Positions 1-10,479 are shown, counted from the stretch's first letter. The stretch: DNA of 31,291 bases from Flavobacteriaceae bacterium (GCA_038114965.1 JAYNRW010000002.1:1-31291); one strand, 5' to 3'. A program made the numbers and translations. The notes: generated by a model not told the origin, from the letters alone.

Positions 1-96
1 AATTTGAAGTTTTTTAAATTTTGAGTTAAAATAATTTCTTGAGAAAGAATAATCAATATCCTTACCGATTAGACCGTAAATTTTTTTTATCAACAT
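1..96 (-). CDS. aroE: Shikimate dehydrogenase, 5' fragment (runs off the window edge)
   Basis: Not in the ORF track. Manual translation from ATG at 96-94 gives MLIKKIYGLIGKDIDYSFSRNYFNSKFKKLQI. The (F/Y)GLIG..I.YSFS..YF..KF pattern matches the Bacteroidota AroE N-terminus. It overlaps the end of the upstream DUF368 gene by 35 nt. Confidence 0.85.
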   Translation of the reverse strand, partial: MLIKKIYGLIGKDIDYSFSRNYFNSKFKKLQI

Positions 97-1012
97 TATT
101 GTTTAATAATATTATGATAATAAAGCTAGCTAAAATAAAAATTAGACCATAAAAATTATTGAACATAGTAAGTAATTCCTCTCCTAACTCTACTTTATTC
201 CATGGCCAAACAATTGGAAGCGTCCCTAAAACAAATCCTATTATAAGATGATTTAGGTGAATCGGATATTTTATTAAAATAAAACTTAAAAATTTTGATA
301 GAATTATTAATCCTATTACAGATCCAAGAAAGAATACTATCAATATTTTTATAAGTTCACTATCAATAGGGTAGTTTTCATTTTTAAAAATATTTGCAAT
401 AAGATCAAAAAAACTATTTACAGCATCAACTAATAGTAATTCGTAGTTACCAAGAAGTATTAATATAAAGCTTCCAGATAACCCAGGTATAGTTATTCCG
501 CAAATACTAATAAAACCACAGAAGAAAACAAATGCCAAAGCTCTATTTTCCATCATAGGTTCTGAAAAACTCAATAACAATCCAAAACAAAGACCAACAA
601 AAAGAATTAAAAGTTTTTTCACATTTGTTTTATTAGTCCTTTTGATTAAAACATAAAGACTTCCCAAGATTAGACCAAAAAAAATAGACCAGACATATAA
701 TTCATAGTTTATTAAAAAAAAATCTAAAATTTTTGATGTTGTGAAATAACTAATTATCATTCCTATTGAAAGGAAAAAAAGAAATTTACCATTAATCGAA
801 CTATTTAGTTTTTTAAAATCAAAAAGAAATAAATTTTTAAAAGTATTATTATTAATGTTTTTGATTGAATTCATTAAATGATCATAAAAGCCAATCACTA
901 TTGAATATAGTCCACCTGAAATTCCTGGAAGTTTATTTATAGTACCCATTATTAATCCATGAAAAAATATTTCTAAAGAATTAATATTATTCCAATCTCT
1001 ATTACTTTTCAT
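62..1012 (-). CDS. DUF368 membrane protein (undecaprenyl-phosphate translocase family), divergent paralogue
   Basis: Multi-TM protein with two repeats of the family motif: GLIMGTINKLPGISGG and GITIPGLSGSFILILLGNY. Confidence 0.85.
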   Translation of the reverse strand: MKSNRDWNNINSLEIFFHGLIMGTINKLPGISGGLYSIVIGFYDHLMNSIKNINNNTFKNLFLFDFKKLNSSINGKFLFFLSIGMIISYFTTSKILDFFLINYELYVWSIFFGLILGSLYVLIKRTNKTNVKKLLILFVGLCFGLLLSFSEPMMENRALAFVFFCGFISICGITIPGLSGSFILILLGNYELLLVDAVNSFFDLIANIFKNENYPIDSELIKILIVFFLGSVIGLIILSKFLSFILIKYPIHLNHLIIGFVLGTLPIVWPWNKVELGEELLTMFNNFYGLIFILASFIIIILLNNNVDKKNLRSNR

Positions 1013-1877
1013 TTTTTGACATAAAATTTATTCCAATTAACAGAAAAATTCCTAAACCAAAACAAATAAAAATAGTTGCATTTGATATTACATAGTCAGT
1101 GTTTAATTCTGTTATTTCAAAAGGGATTAGTATTGGTAGAGATCCAATTATTAAACCACTCAATGAAACGATAGTTTTATTTTTATGTTTATGCAGTAAA
1201 TACTTTACAAATCTTGAAAATGTTAATATTCCAGTTAATATTCCCAATATAAATACTCCAATCCAAATAAAATCATTAAAATTAAAATCGGTCAGAAAAA
1301 TATTGAGTTTTTCTAAAATAAAATCATAGGATGAAAAAATCAATAATATGTATGCTCCAGAAATTCCAGGAAGTATCATTGCACATGAACAAAAGAATCC
1401 ACATATAAATATATATATCAATGATATTTCACCATTAATATTATTCAATCCAAGTAAATAAGATGTTATTAATATTGAACCTATTAAAAAGGGGAGGTAA
1501 TTAAAAGAAAAAACTTTTATACCCTTTAGAATAAATGGTATACTTGCTAAAATAAGACCGAAGAAAAAAGAACTTATTTCTTGAGGATAATTTATAAGTA
1601 AATTAGAAATAATTTTACTGAAGATTAAAATACTTGAAATTATACCAAGCGCTAGAAATATTAAAAAATCAAACTTAAATTCTTTAAATTTTAAAAAAAA
1701 ATCACTTTTTATTATGGATCTAATATTTTTAATTTTTAAGTTGTTTAAAGATGAAATAAAATCATCATAAACTCCAGTTATTAATGCTATAGTTCCTCCG
1801 GATATTCCTGGGATTAAGTCTGAAATACCCATAGCCATACCCTTGAGGTAAATAATTAAGTAATTAATTTTGTTCAA
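1002..1877 (-). CDS. DUF368 membrane protein (undecaprenyl-phosphate translocase family), canonical-type paralogue
   Basis: Motifs GMAMGISDLIPGISGGTIALITGVYD and AMILPGISGAYILLI; hydrophobic throughout. Confidence 0.9.
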   Translation of the reverse strand: MNKINYLIIYLKGMAMGISDLIPGISGGTIALITGVYDDFISSLNNLKIKNIRSIIKSDFFLKFKEFKFDFLIFLALGIISSILIFSKIISNLLINYPQEISSFFFGLILASIPFILKGIKVFSFNYLPFLIGSILITSYLLGLNNINGEISLIYIFICGFFCSCAMILPGISGAYILLIFSSYDFILEKLNIFLTDFNFNDFIWIGVFILGILTGILTFSRFVKYLLHKHKNKTIVSLSGLIIGSLPILIPFEITELNTDYVISNATIFICFGLGIFLLIGINFMSKNEK

Positions 1878-1884
1878 TTAGTTA

Positions 1885-2892
1885 TTAATAATTTTTTGAA
1901 ATAATATTTAAAGCCATATTTAAATTTTCAATTGCTTTATCATGATCATTGTTTCTAAGATAATATTTAGCAATTGAAATCCATGCTTTTTCGTATAAAG
2001 GATCTTCTTCGACTATTCTATTTAAATATCTAATCGATATTTCATAATCACCAAGTTTTTCGTAACATCTTGAAAGTCTGTATAAAGAGAATGAAGAAGA
2101 TTTATTCTGACTATCAATTATTTTATAATAGTATATGGCTTTTGAAAAATCCTCCTGTTTTTCATGAATTTTTCCTAATTCAATATAACTAGGCGAAAAA
2201 TTTTCATTACTTATTATTGCAAAATCATGACAGGCTTTACTTTCTTTAATCTTTTTTTGTTCAAAGTATAGTTTTCCCAATTCATACCAAGCTTGGGTAG
2301 AGTAGGGGTTTTTATCCAAAAATTTATTTAAGAATTTAATAGCTTCTGAATTTCTTTTTGAAAGTTTAAAACAGCTTATTAGTTTATCAAAACAAATTTT
2401 ATCCTCAGGATTCTTGATAATAATTTTTTTACCAAACTTTATTGCATTTGTATAATTTTCAATATTCATATAATTTTTAAACAATAGATCATTAACAAAA
2501 AATTCTAGTTGGGAGTCATATGAAAGATTAGTAAGAATCTTTATTGATTGTTTATATTGTTTATTTGATGTTATAATTGTTGCTTTTTGTATAATTAAAT
2601 CAGTATTATTTTTATGAGATTTAATAAATTTAGTTACTAATTTCTCTGCCTCGTTTATTTTATTAGTAGTTAGAAGAAATTCAGATTTTAATATAATTAT
2701 GTTTAAGCTTTCGGGATATAAATCAATTCCATAACAAATAGCTTTTTCAGCATAATCAAAATTGTCTTCGTTTAAGTAGTATAAAATTATGTCCTCAACC
2801 TCATCTAAGTCTAAAAAAAACGATTCATCATCGTTTATCATACTTTCAAACTTGTAGATTTTGTCTAGTATATTTTCATTTCTTTCTAACAC
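1885..2892 (-). CDS. Tetratricopeptide repeat protein
   Basis: TPR-like units (AWYELGKLY, SYIELGKIHE, SLYRLSRCYEKLG, AWISIAKYY) and an N-terminal FESM...FFLD..E.EDII.YYL segment typical of a conserved Bacteroidota TPR family. GTG start. Confidence 0.8.
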   Translation of the reverse strand: MLERNENILDKIYKFESMINDDESFFLDLDEVEDIILYYLNEDNFDYAEKAICYGIDLYPESLNIIILKSEFLLTTNKINEAEKLVTKFIKSHKNNTDLIIQKATIITSNKQYKQSIKILTNLSYDSQLEFFVNDLLFKNYMNIENYTNAIKFGKKIIIKNPEDKICFDKLISCFKLSKRNSEAIKFLNKFLDKNPYSTQAWYELGKLYFEQKKIKESKACHDFAIISNENFSPSYIELGKIHEKQEDFSKAIYYYKIIDSQNKSSSFSLYRLSRCYEKLGDYEISIRYLNRIVEEDPLYEKAWISIAKYYLRNNDHDKAIENLNMALNIISKNY

Positions 2893-2963
2893 ATAATAAA
2901 AATATGTAGTCTACTCTGTAAATATTATTATATGGATTATTGTTTATTAAAAATTTATTAACA

Positions 2964-4142
2964 TTAATTTTTAAAACTGTCTAATGATTTAATAATTAGA
3001 TTACAACCATGTATTATTTCTTTTTCCGATATAGTTAATGGTGGAGTAATCCTAACAGCTTTTTTTTCATAAAGTAAAAAAAACAAAATCAAACCATTAT
3101 TTAAACAATCTTTTACGAGATAGTTTGCTATTTTATTATTTTTCATTATTAACGCTAACATTAATCCTTTTCCTCTTATTTCATAAATTAATTTATGCTT
3201 TAATAGTGATCTGAAAAGCTTCTCTTTCTTACTAGATTTTGAAACTAAATCATTCTTGATAATATATTTGAGAGTTTCGTGTCCTGCTCTAGCTATAACT
3301 GGATGTCCTCCAAAAGTTGTTATATGTCCTAGAATTGGATTAGATTGAAATTTATTCATTAGTAATTGATTGCATATTATTGCTCCAATTGGAAAACCAC
3401 CACCTAATGCCTTTCCTATTACTAGAATATCAGGTGTAACATTATAATGTTCAAAAGCAAACATTTTTCCTGTTCTACCTATACCGGATTGTAGCTCATC
3501 AAAAATTAAGATTACTCCCATTTCATTACATTTTGCTCTTAATTTTTTTAGATATTCTTTTTTAGATTCAATAAAACCAGCACCTCCTTGTATAGGTTCT
3601 ACTATAACACATGCTACAGAATTATCAATGATATTCAAGTCCTCTACTGAGTTAAAGTTTATATGATGAACATTAGGAAGTAATGGTCGATATCTTCTTT
3701 TTCTTGTCTCAAAACCTGAGACACTTAAACTTCCGTGAGTACTTCCATGATATGAATTTTTCATAGAAATAATTTTCTGTCTACCAGTTGATCTTTTTGC
3801 AAGTTTTAGAGCTGCTTCAATTGCTTCAGTTCCAGAATTAGTTAAGTATGTGGTATTTAATTTATTTGGCAACAGAGTGGAAAGGAGTTCACATAATTCA
3901 ACACTGGGCTTTTGAACAAATTCACCATAAACCATAACATGAGAGTATTCTTTCAATTGTTTAATAATTGAACTATTAATCTTTGAATTTGAATGCCCAA
4001 TATTATTTACTGATACACCTGCAACGAAATCTAAATATTTATTGTTTTTGGTAAAAATATAGCTTCCTTTGGCCTTAATAATTTCTAAACCTAGAGGGTT
4101 TTTTGTGGTTTGAGCTTGATATTTTTTAAATTTATCTATCAA
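2964..4142 (-). CDS. Class III PLP-dependent aminotransferase (ArgD/acetylornithine aminotransferase-like)
   Basis: Motifs YLDFVAG, NSGTEAIEAALKLA, SYHGST, EPIQGGAG, FDELQSGIGRTG and GKALGGG (PLP lysine). Confidence 0.9.
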   Translation of the reverse strand: MIDKFKKYQAQTTKNPLGLEIIKAKGSYIFTKNNKYLDFVAGVSVNNIGHSNSKINSSIIKQLKEYSHVMVYGEFVQKPSVELCELLSTLLPNKLNTTYLTNSGTEAIEAALKLAKRSTGRQKIISMKNSYHGSTHGSLSVSGFETRKRRYRPLLPNVHHINFNSVEDLNIIDNSVACVIVEPIQGGAGFIESKKEYLKKLRAKCNEMGVILIFDELQSGIGRTGKMFAFEHYNVTPDILVIGKALGGGFPIGAIICNQLLMNKFQSNPILGHITTFGGHPVIARAGHETLKYIIKNDLVSKSSKKEKLFRSLLKHKLIYEIRGKGLMLALIMKNNKIANYLVKDCLNNGLILFFLLYEKKAVRITPPLTISEKEIIHGCNLIIKSLDSFKN

Positions 4143-5739
4143 TTAGCATTTGTTTTTTATTTATTTTTTCACTTTCTCTATTTATAAAACCATTTAAAAA
4201 AGTTTCATTCTCATCAAGAAACTCCTCTGGATAAAGCACTCCCTCTGGGTTTGTAATAAAAGTGATTTGATCCATTCCTTTCTCTTTAAAATAAATTAAA
4301 ATTGAACTTGCTACAGCCTTATCTACTCCAATTAAGTTTAAGTTTTCATCATACATATAATATATTAACTCTGAGTTTTGATCAATTTTAACTCTATCTA
4401 ATTTATTATCAATAAAATTTCCAAAAAGTTTAAGACCCTTGATTTGGTTGTATTTATTATCTCCAATTGAATCTTCTTCAATAATAAATACATTATTAGG
4501 TATTTTTATCGAGTCTAATTCGTTGGTATCTAAGTTTTCAGTAAAAATTATTTTATCACCAGACATTTGAGTATAGTTATCCCAAATTACTGGGTTTTTA
4601 GAATTAATTTCCGTTTCAGTTAAAATTTGAAGATCTCTTTCAGAAATTTTTTTTCTAAGCATTGTAGTAATTCCAGATTTTTTATCAACTTGAATATAAT
4701 CTGATTTACCACTTAAATTACCTTGAACAAACATCACATTATTTAACCCCCTCATTTTTCTTTCATCTTCTTTGCCTACTGAAAATAAAGTATCCGCTTT
4801 TATAAAAAGCGAATCATTTTTTAAAATATTTATAGCTAGAGGATTTTTTGTAATTATAGCTGAATCTTTTTCCTGAAAAAACTCAGCAAACTCACCATTA
4901 AGAATAAGGTTTTCATTTGTGTCAATGATTTTGATGTTATTTGAAATGCTTGAGTATCCTTTATCTTCATCAAAGAAAATACTATCTCCATAGATTTCTC
5001 TTGAATCAAAGTCAATACTTGCATTATCTACAAAAACACCTTGTTTATTTCTTGGCTCATAAAATCCTGAATTACATTTTATCACATATCCATCACCATA
5101 TATTGAGGTTTTTTTATAGAAATAGGTTTTTTCTGAATCTAAATAATAATCCATCATTTCAGATTCTATTAACCTGTCTTGATCTTTAACAACTACGTCA
5201 TTTTTGAAAACATATTTTTTATTATCAATAAAATATTTTCCGTTAATACTACTAATATCAGAAAGACTATCTATAATTCTTCCCCCATCATAAAAAAATG
5301 CTTCATTATTTACCCTATCAAGTTCTAAGTTTTTTGAATTAAGCTCCATTTCATTGTTTAGAAGTTTTACATTTCCATGAGCATACATTTTTTTATTAGT
5401 CCCATTATAATTTAAAGAATCACAATACAACTTTAATGTATCTCCCTGGTTAATATATACTTCTCCAATAGCAATTACAGAGTTTTGTTTTTGAAAAAAA
5501 ATAGATCTTTTCGAAAATATATTCATCTCTTCATGTCTAAGATGAACTTTTTTGATTTGATCTTCATTTAATATATTACCCTCAGGATAAAGTTTTTCAT
5601 TTCTGTCAAATGAACCAGCATAAACAATTTCTATTTGTTTAACTTCTTGCGAATAATTAAATACTGAAAATATTAAAAAAAGTAAACTGAGAGTATAAAA
5701 ATTACTTCCTAAATATTGTTTGTTTTCTATCTGGGCCAA
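4132..5739 (-). CDS. OstA/LptA-like beta-jellyroll envelope protein (LPS transport related); start uncertain
   Basis: Hydrophobic signal segment followed by repeated L.CDSL.Y / I.GDSI.F / I.ADTL beta-strand repeats characteristic of OstA-like proteins. The only canonical in-frame start before the signal segment is TTG at 5739, inside purA. Confidence 0.75.
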   Translation of the reverse strand: MAQIENKQYLGSNFYTLSLLFLIFSVFNYSQEVKQIEIVYAGSFDRNEKLYPEGNILNEDQIKKVHLRHEEMNIFSKRSIFFQKQNSVIAIGEVYINQGDTLKLYCDSLNYNGTNKKMYAHGNVKLLNNEMELNSKNLELDRVNNEAFFYDGGRIIDSLSDISSINGKYFIDNKKYVFKNDVVVKDQDRLIESEMMDYYLDSEKTYFYKKTSIYGDGYVIKCNSGFYEPRNKQGVFVDNASIDFDSREIYGDSIFFDEDKGYSSISNNIKIIDTNENLILNGEFAEFFQEKDSAIITKNPLAINILKNDSLFIKADTLFSVGKEDERKMRGLNNVMFVQGNLSGKSDYIQVDKKSGITTMLRKKISERDLQILTETEINSKNPVIWDNYTQMSGDKIIFTENLDTNELDSIKIPNNVFIIEEDSIGDNKYNQIKGLKLFGNFIDNKLDRVKIDQNSELIYYMYDENLNLIGVDKAVASSILIYFKEKGMDQITFITNPEGVLYPEEFLDENETFLNGFINRESEKINKKQMLIDR

Positions 5740-6976
5740 CTGAGATAATTTTAATTTTTAACTTAAGCTTTTCCTCAAGATAATTAATATAGTTCTTGAA
5801 ATTTAATGGCAGGCTATCATAATCTGTTATTTTACAAATATCTTCATTCCAACCATCTAATTCTTCATATACAGGCTCTAAGCTTGAATCACTCAATGAA
5901 AATGGTAGATGATTTATAACACTTCCTTGATATTTATAACCAGTACAAATTTTTATCTTTTCAATTCCGGACAAAACATCACCCTTCATCATTATTAGTT
6001 CAGTAACACCATTAACGTTTATTGAATGCTTTAGTGAAACTAAATCTAACCATCCACACCTACGCGGCCTTCCTGTTGTTGCTCCAAATTCATTTCCTAT
6101 TTTGGCCATTCTTTGACCAATTTCATCAAAAAGTTCTGTTGGAAATGGGCCACTTCCAACTCGTGTAGTATAAGCCTTGAAAATTCCAAAAACATCCCCA
6201 ATTTTATTTGGGGGTACACCTAAACCGGTACATGCTCCAGCAGATGTTGTATTAGAAGAAGTTACATAAGGATAGGTTCCAAAATCTATATCAAGAAGTG
6301 AACCTTGGGCTCCTTCAGCTAAAATTTTTCTTCCTTCTTCAATAGAATTATGAAAATAATTTTCACTGTCAATGAACATAAGTTCGTTCATATAGTCAAT
6401 AGAACTTAAAAACTCTTTTTTTAATTCCTCAATATCAAAATCAATCTCAACATTAAAATTATTTATTAAATTAAGGTGTTTACTGATTAAATTTTCAAAC
6501 TTTTCATTCCACCCTTCCATCTCCAAATCTCCAACTCTAAGTCCATTTCTTCCAGTTTTATCCATGTATGTAGGACCAATTCCTTTTAAAGTTGAACCAA
6601 TTTTCTTTTTACCTTTAGAAAGCTCAGAAGCTTGATCAATTAATCTGTGTGTAGGTAAAATTAAATGCGCTTTTCTTGAGATTATAAGTTTTTCTTTTAA
6701 ATCAACATTAAGCTCTTTTAATTTTTCTATTTCATTTTTAAATATTACTGGATCGATTACAACACCATTTCCAATTATATTTAGTTTTTTGTCGTGAAAA
6801 ATTCCTGATGGTATGGTATGTAATACATGTTTAATTCCATCAAATTCAAGTGTATGACCTGCATTTGGGCCACCTTGAAATCTTGCAATTATATCATAAT
6901 TTGATGTTAATACATCAACTATTTTGCCTTTACCTTCATCTCCCCACTGAAGACCTAATATTAAATCAATTTTCAT
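5702..6976 (-). CDS. purA: Adenylosuccinate synthetase
   Basis: Motifs [39 protein letters not shown] and [14 protein letters not shown]. Confidence 0.99.
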   Translation of the reverse strand: MKIDLILGLQWGDEGKGKIVDVLTSNYDIIARFQGGPNAGHTLEFDGIKHVLHTIPSGIFHDKKLNIIGNGVVIDPVIFKNEIEKLKELNVDLKEKLIISRKAHLILPTHRLIDQASELSKGKKKIGSTLKGIGPTYMDKTGRNGLRVGDLEMEGWNEKFENLISKHLNLINNFNVEIDFDIEELKKEFLSSIDYMNELMFIDSENYFHNSIEEGRKILAEGAQGSLLDIDFGTYPYVTSSNTTSAGACTGLGVPPNKIGDVFGIFKAYTTRVGSGPFPTELFDEIGQRMAKIGNEFGATTGRPRRCGWLDLVSLKHSINVNGVTELIMMKGDVLSGIEKIKICTGYKYQGSVINHLPFSLSDSSLEPVYEELDGWNEDICKITDYDSLPLNFKNYINYLEEKLKLKIKIISVGPDRKQTIFRK

Positions 6977-7419
6977 TTTTTATTTTTTTTTCCATAGAAA
7001 TAGAGTGAATGATTTTCAATACTTACATCAAAGATTTCTTCGATACTTTTTTTGATTGTATGTAGTCTAGGATCACAAAATTCAATTACTTCACCTGAAT
7101 CTGTCAATATTAAATGATCATGCTGTCTATCAAAATATGATTTTTCGTAGTGAGCTAAGTTGGTTCCAAATTGATGCTTTCTAACTAGATGACATTCTAA
7201 TAACAACTCTATTGTGTTATATAGAGTGGCTCTACTTACACGATATTTTTTTTTTGTCATTACACTGTAAAGTGATTCAATATCGAAGTGATCATCCAGT
7301 TCATATATTTCTTTAAGTATGGCAAACCTTTCAGGTGTTTTTCTGTGTGATTTTGAATCTAAAAACTTTGAAAAGACTTCTTTTACTAGTTCCTGGTTTT
7401 TTGAAGTGTTTTTTACCAT
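6973..7419 (-). CDS. fur: Fur family transcriptional regulator
   Basis: Motifs [30 protein letters not shown] and HDHLI (Bacteroidota type with no CxxC). ATGA overlap with purA. Confidence 0.92.
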   Translation of the reverse strand: MVKNTSKNQELVKEVFSKFLDSKSHRKTPERFAILKEIYELDDHFDIESLYSVMTKKKYRVSRATLYNTIELLLECHLVRKHQFGTNLAHYEKSYFDRQHDHLILTDSGEVIEFCDPRLHTIKKSIEEIFDVSIENHSLYFYGKKNKK

Positions 7420-7440
7420 TTTAAAGTCTAAAAATAAATA

Positions 7441-9633
7441 TTAAAATCTAAGAACTTTATCAACTCCTTTAATTTTTTTTAATCTAGTTATTAACTTATC
7501 TACAATATTCTTGTTTTTAACTTTCAATGTAATAAGACCCTTAAAAGTATCTCCCTCAGTATCAAATGACATTTTTTCCATATTTATGTTTAAGTTTTCG
7601 GAAATTATTGTAGTTATTTTATTTACCAATCCAAGATTATCAATTCCAATAATTTGGATAGTTGATGAAAATTCATACTGAGACGAATCAACCCATTTAG
7701 CTTTTAGTATTCTATAAGCAAATTTAGATTGTAAACTCAAAGAGTTTTTACAGTTTGATTTATGCACCTTAATGCCGTCATTTATTGTTAAAAAACCAAA
7801 TACATTGTCACCTGGAAGGGGGTTGCAACATACTGAGAGTTTATAATCAAGTTTTTCACTACCGTTACCAAAAACTAATTGATCATATGTTTTATTTGGA
7901 TCTGATAATTTAATTGATGTTTTTTTTGGTTTTCTTCTAAAAAATTTAATAAAACTATTATCCTGACTTTTTGCAAAATTTTTAAGTTCAGAATTGTCTA
8001 TGCTACCAACTCCAATTCCATAGAATAAATCCAGTGAGGTAGGTAGATTTAGAAAGTTTTGAAGCTTATGTATTATATCTTCAGTGAATGAAATTTTTAA
8101 ATGTTTTAGTTTTCTTCTTAAAATTTCCTTTCCATCCTCGGCTATCATTTTTTTATTTTCATTAAGAGCAGAACGAATTTTAGATTTTGCTCTTGATGTT
8201 TCGACATAATCAAGCCAACTTGCACTAGGCTTTGAATTAGTGCTTTTAATCACCTGTACCTGATCACCACTCTTGAGTCTAAAATTTAAAGGAACTATTT
8301 TTCCATTAACCTTTATCCCTCTTGTTTTTAAACCTAAATCTGTATGAACTGCAAATGCAAAATCTAAAGCTGATGCTCCCTTTGGAAGTGATTTAAGATC
8401 TCCTTCAGGTGTAAAAACAAAAATTTCATTTGAATACAAATTCAATTTAAAATCTTCAACAAAATCAATAGCATTTGATTCTTGATTTTCAAGAACATCT
8501 TTGAGTTTGTTTAACCAATCTTCAAGTCCGCTCTCTTGCTCATCACCTTGTTTATATTTAAAATGTGCTGCATAACCTCTCTCAGCTATTTCATGCATTC
8601 TTTCAGATCGAATTTGAACTTCTATCCATCTCTTTCTGGGTCCAACTACAGTAATATGTAGTGCTTCGTAGCCATTAGTTTTAGGATTAGATATCCAATC
8701 TCTTAATCTTGTAGGATTAGGCCTGTATACATCCGTTACGATGGAATAAATTTTCCATGCAATTAACTTTTCATTTTTATTATTACTATTGTAAATAATT
8801 CTTACAGCAAAACGATCATATACCTCATCAATTGCTATATTTTTTTTAATCATTTTTTCTCTTATTGAAAAAATTGATTTTGACCTACCATTAATTTTAA
8901 AACTTATATCCTCTGATTTGAGTTTATCAGATATTTTTCTTGCAAAATTTCTAATGTAAAGATTTTGATCATCCTTTGTCTTTTCTAGACTGTCTTTAAT
9001 TTTGTTATATGTATCTGAGTCAGTATACTTTAAGCTTAAGTCTTCCAATTCTGATTTAATTTCATATAATCCAATTCTATGCGCAATTGGAGCATATATA
9101 TATAGAGTTTCTGATGAAATTTTAATTTGTTTTTCATAGCTCATACTATCCATAGTTCTCATATTATGGAGTCTGTCTGCTATTTTAATTAAAATAACTC
9201 TTACGTCATCATTTAAAGTAAGAAGCATTTTTCTAAAGTTTTCAGATTGAATGGAAACGATTTTATCTTTCTTTAGTTTTGAAATTTTAGTTAGGCCTTC
9301 AACAATTCTTGCAATTTTTTCACCAAATACAGATTTTATTTTTTCAATATTATATTCAGAATCTTCTACAACATCATGTAATAGTGCTGCTGCGATACTG
9401 TTAGCATCTAAACCAATTTTTTCAGCTACTATTTTAGCTACAGATATTGGATGAAATATATATGGTTCACCAGATTTTCTATATTGATCTTTATGAGCAT
9501 CGATAGCAATATCAAGAGCGTTTCTTATCAAATCCTTGTCGTTTTCATTTAGTGTTTGATAACTAACTTTTAACAAGTTTTTGTATTCTCTTGCTATTTG
9601 TCTATTAATTGTTTTTTCAGTTGAAATACTCAT
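7441..9633 (-). CDS. relA: Bifunctional (p)ppGpp synthetase/hydrolase, RelA/SpoT family
   Basis: Intact hydrolase motifs (RKSGEPYI.HP, LLHDVVED, KIADRLHNMRT), synthetase motifs (GRSK, NGYEALH, EVQIRS), TGS domain (VFTPEGD, DFAFAVHT) and a C-terminal CC/ACT region. Confidence 0.97.
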   Translation of the reverse strand: MSISTEKTINRQIAREYKNLLKVSYQTLNENDKDLIRNALDIAIDAHKDQYRKSGEPYIFHPISVAKIVAEKIGLDANSIAAALLHDVVEDSEYNIEKIKSVFGEKIARIVEGLTKISKLKKDKIVSIQSENFRKMLLTLNDDVRVILIKIADRLHNMRTMDSMSYEKQIKISSETLYIYAPIAHRIGLYEIKSELEDLSLKYTDSDTYNKIKDSLEKTKDDQNLYIRNFARKISDKLKSEDISFKINGRSKSIFSIREKMIKKNIAIDEVYDRFAVRIIYNSNNKNEKLIAWKIYSIVTDVYRPNPTRLRDWISNPKTNGYEALHITVVGPRKRWIEVQIRSERMHEIAERGYAAHFKYKQGDEQESGLEDWLNKLKDVLENQESNAIDFVEDFKLNLYSNEIFVFTPEGDLKSLPKGASALDFAFAVHTDLGLKTRGIKVNGKIVPLNFRLKSGDQVQVIKSTNSKPSASWLDYVETSRAKSKIRSALNENKKMIAEDGKEILRRKLKHLKISFTEDIIHKLQNFLNLPTSLDLFYGIGVGSIDNSELKNFAKSQDNSFIKFFRRKPKKTSIKLSDPNKTYDQLVFGNGSEKLDYKLSVCCNPLPGDNVFGFLTINDGIKVHKSNCKNSLSLQSKFAYRILKAKWVDSSQYEFSSTIQIIGIDNLGLVNKITTIISENLNINMEKMSFDTEGDTFKGLITLKVKNKNIVDKLITRLKKIKGVDKVLRF

Positions 9634-9645
9634 TCTTACATAAAA

Positions 9646-10428
9646 TTAATAGATTTTTCTCTGATTCATTGCTTCATAAAGTATAATTGCAGTTGATACA
9701 GATAAATTTAGTGAGTCAACATCCCCATGCATTGGTATTTTAAAAGTTGAACTAGAATTTTTTAAAAAGAATTCATTTATACTAGATGATTCAGTTCCCA
9801 TCAAAATAGCACAACGCCTTTTAAAATTTATTTTTTGAATTATATTTTTTGATTTAATAAGACTTCCATAAATACTGAAATGGTTTTCTTTTAAAAAAAA
9901 TATGGTGTCCTCTTTATCTAACTCAAAAATATTTAAACAAAAAACTGCTCCCAAACTTGATCTAATTATGTTTGGATTGTAAATTTCAGTTGAAGAATCA
10001 GAGATAATTATATTTTTAAATCCAAAAGCATTAAAAGTTCTAAATATTGCACCAATATTCCCCGGTTTTTCTGGTTTATCTAAGATTAATAGCAATTCAT
10101 TTTCAGAAAATTTAACTTTAGTTATATCAAATTCTTTTCTTTTAACTATTGCAATAATTTGTGATGTTGATCTGTAGGTAATAGTCTCTATCAAATCTTT
10201 GCTTAATAAAAATTTTTTTTCACAATTATTATAAATAACGTTTTTAAAATCAAAATTTTTATTTGAGGTAAAAAATGAGTCAATTTCATAGTTTGAGTTA
10301 ATACATAGATTGATTTCTTTTAAACCCTCTACAATAAACTTTTGATTTTTTTTTCGAACATTAGATTTTTTAGAAACTTTAACTAAAAATTTATATGTTT
10401 CATTGTTTTTACTACTAATAACTTTCAT
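9646..10428 (-). CDS. TrmH/SpoU family RNA methyltransferase
   Basis: Motifs FIVEG.KEI, EKPGNIGAIFRT, MGTESS and IPMHGDVDSLNLSVS. Confidence 0.93.
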   Translation of the reverse strand: MKVISSKNNETYKFLVKVSKKSNVRKKNQKFIVEGLKEINLCINSNYEIDSFFTSNKNFDFKNVIYNNCEKKFLLSKDLIETITYRSTSQIIAIVKRKEFDITKVKFSENELLLILDKPEKPGNIGAIFRTFNAFGFKNIIISDSSTEIYNPNIIRSSLGAVFCLNIFELDKEDTIFFLKENHFSIYGSLIKSKNIIQKINFKRRCAILMGTESSSINEFFLKNSSSTFKIPMHGDVDSLNLSVSTAIILYEAMNQRKIY

Positions 10429-10443
10429 TTGATATCATTAAAC

Positions 10444-10469
10444 TAAATTTGAAAATTCGCATATCTTTG
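10444..10469 (+). promoter_or_regulatory. Bacteroidota housekeeping-sigma -7 elements (two copies) upstream of the cysteine desulfurase
   Basis: TAAATTTG (10444-10451) and TATCTTTG (10462-10469) both match TAnnTTTG. No correctly spaced -33 TTG was seen. Confidence 0.6.
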
Positions 10470-10479
10470 AAAATATTTT

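Noticed and set aside
7246-7255. A10 tract in fur (minus strand) as a phase-variation site
   Set aside because: It encodes KKK in frame. A8-A10 runs are frequent throughout this AT-rich window, and no frameshift is seen.
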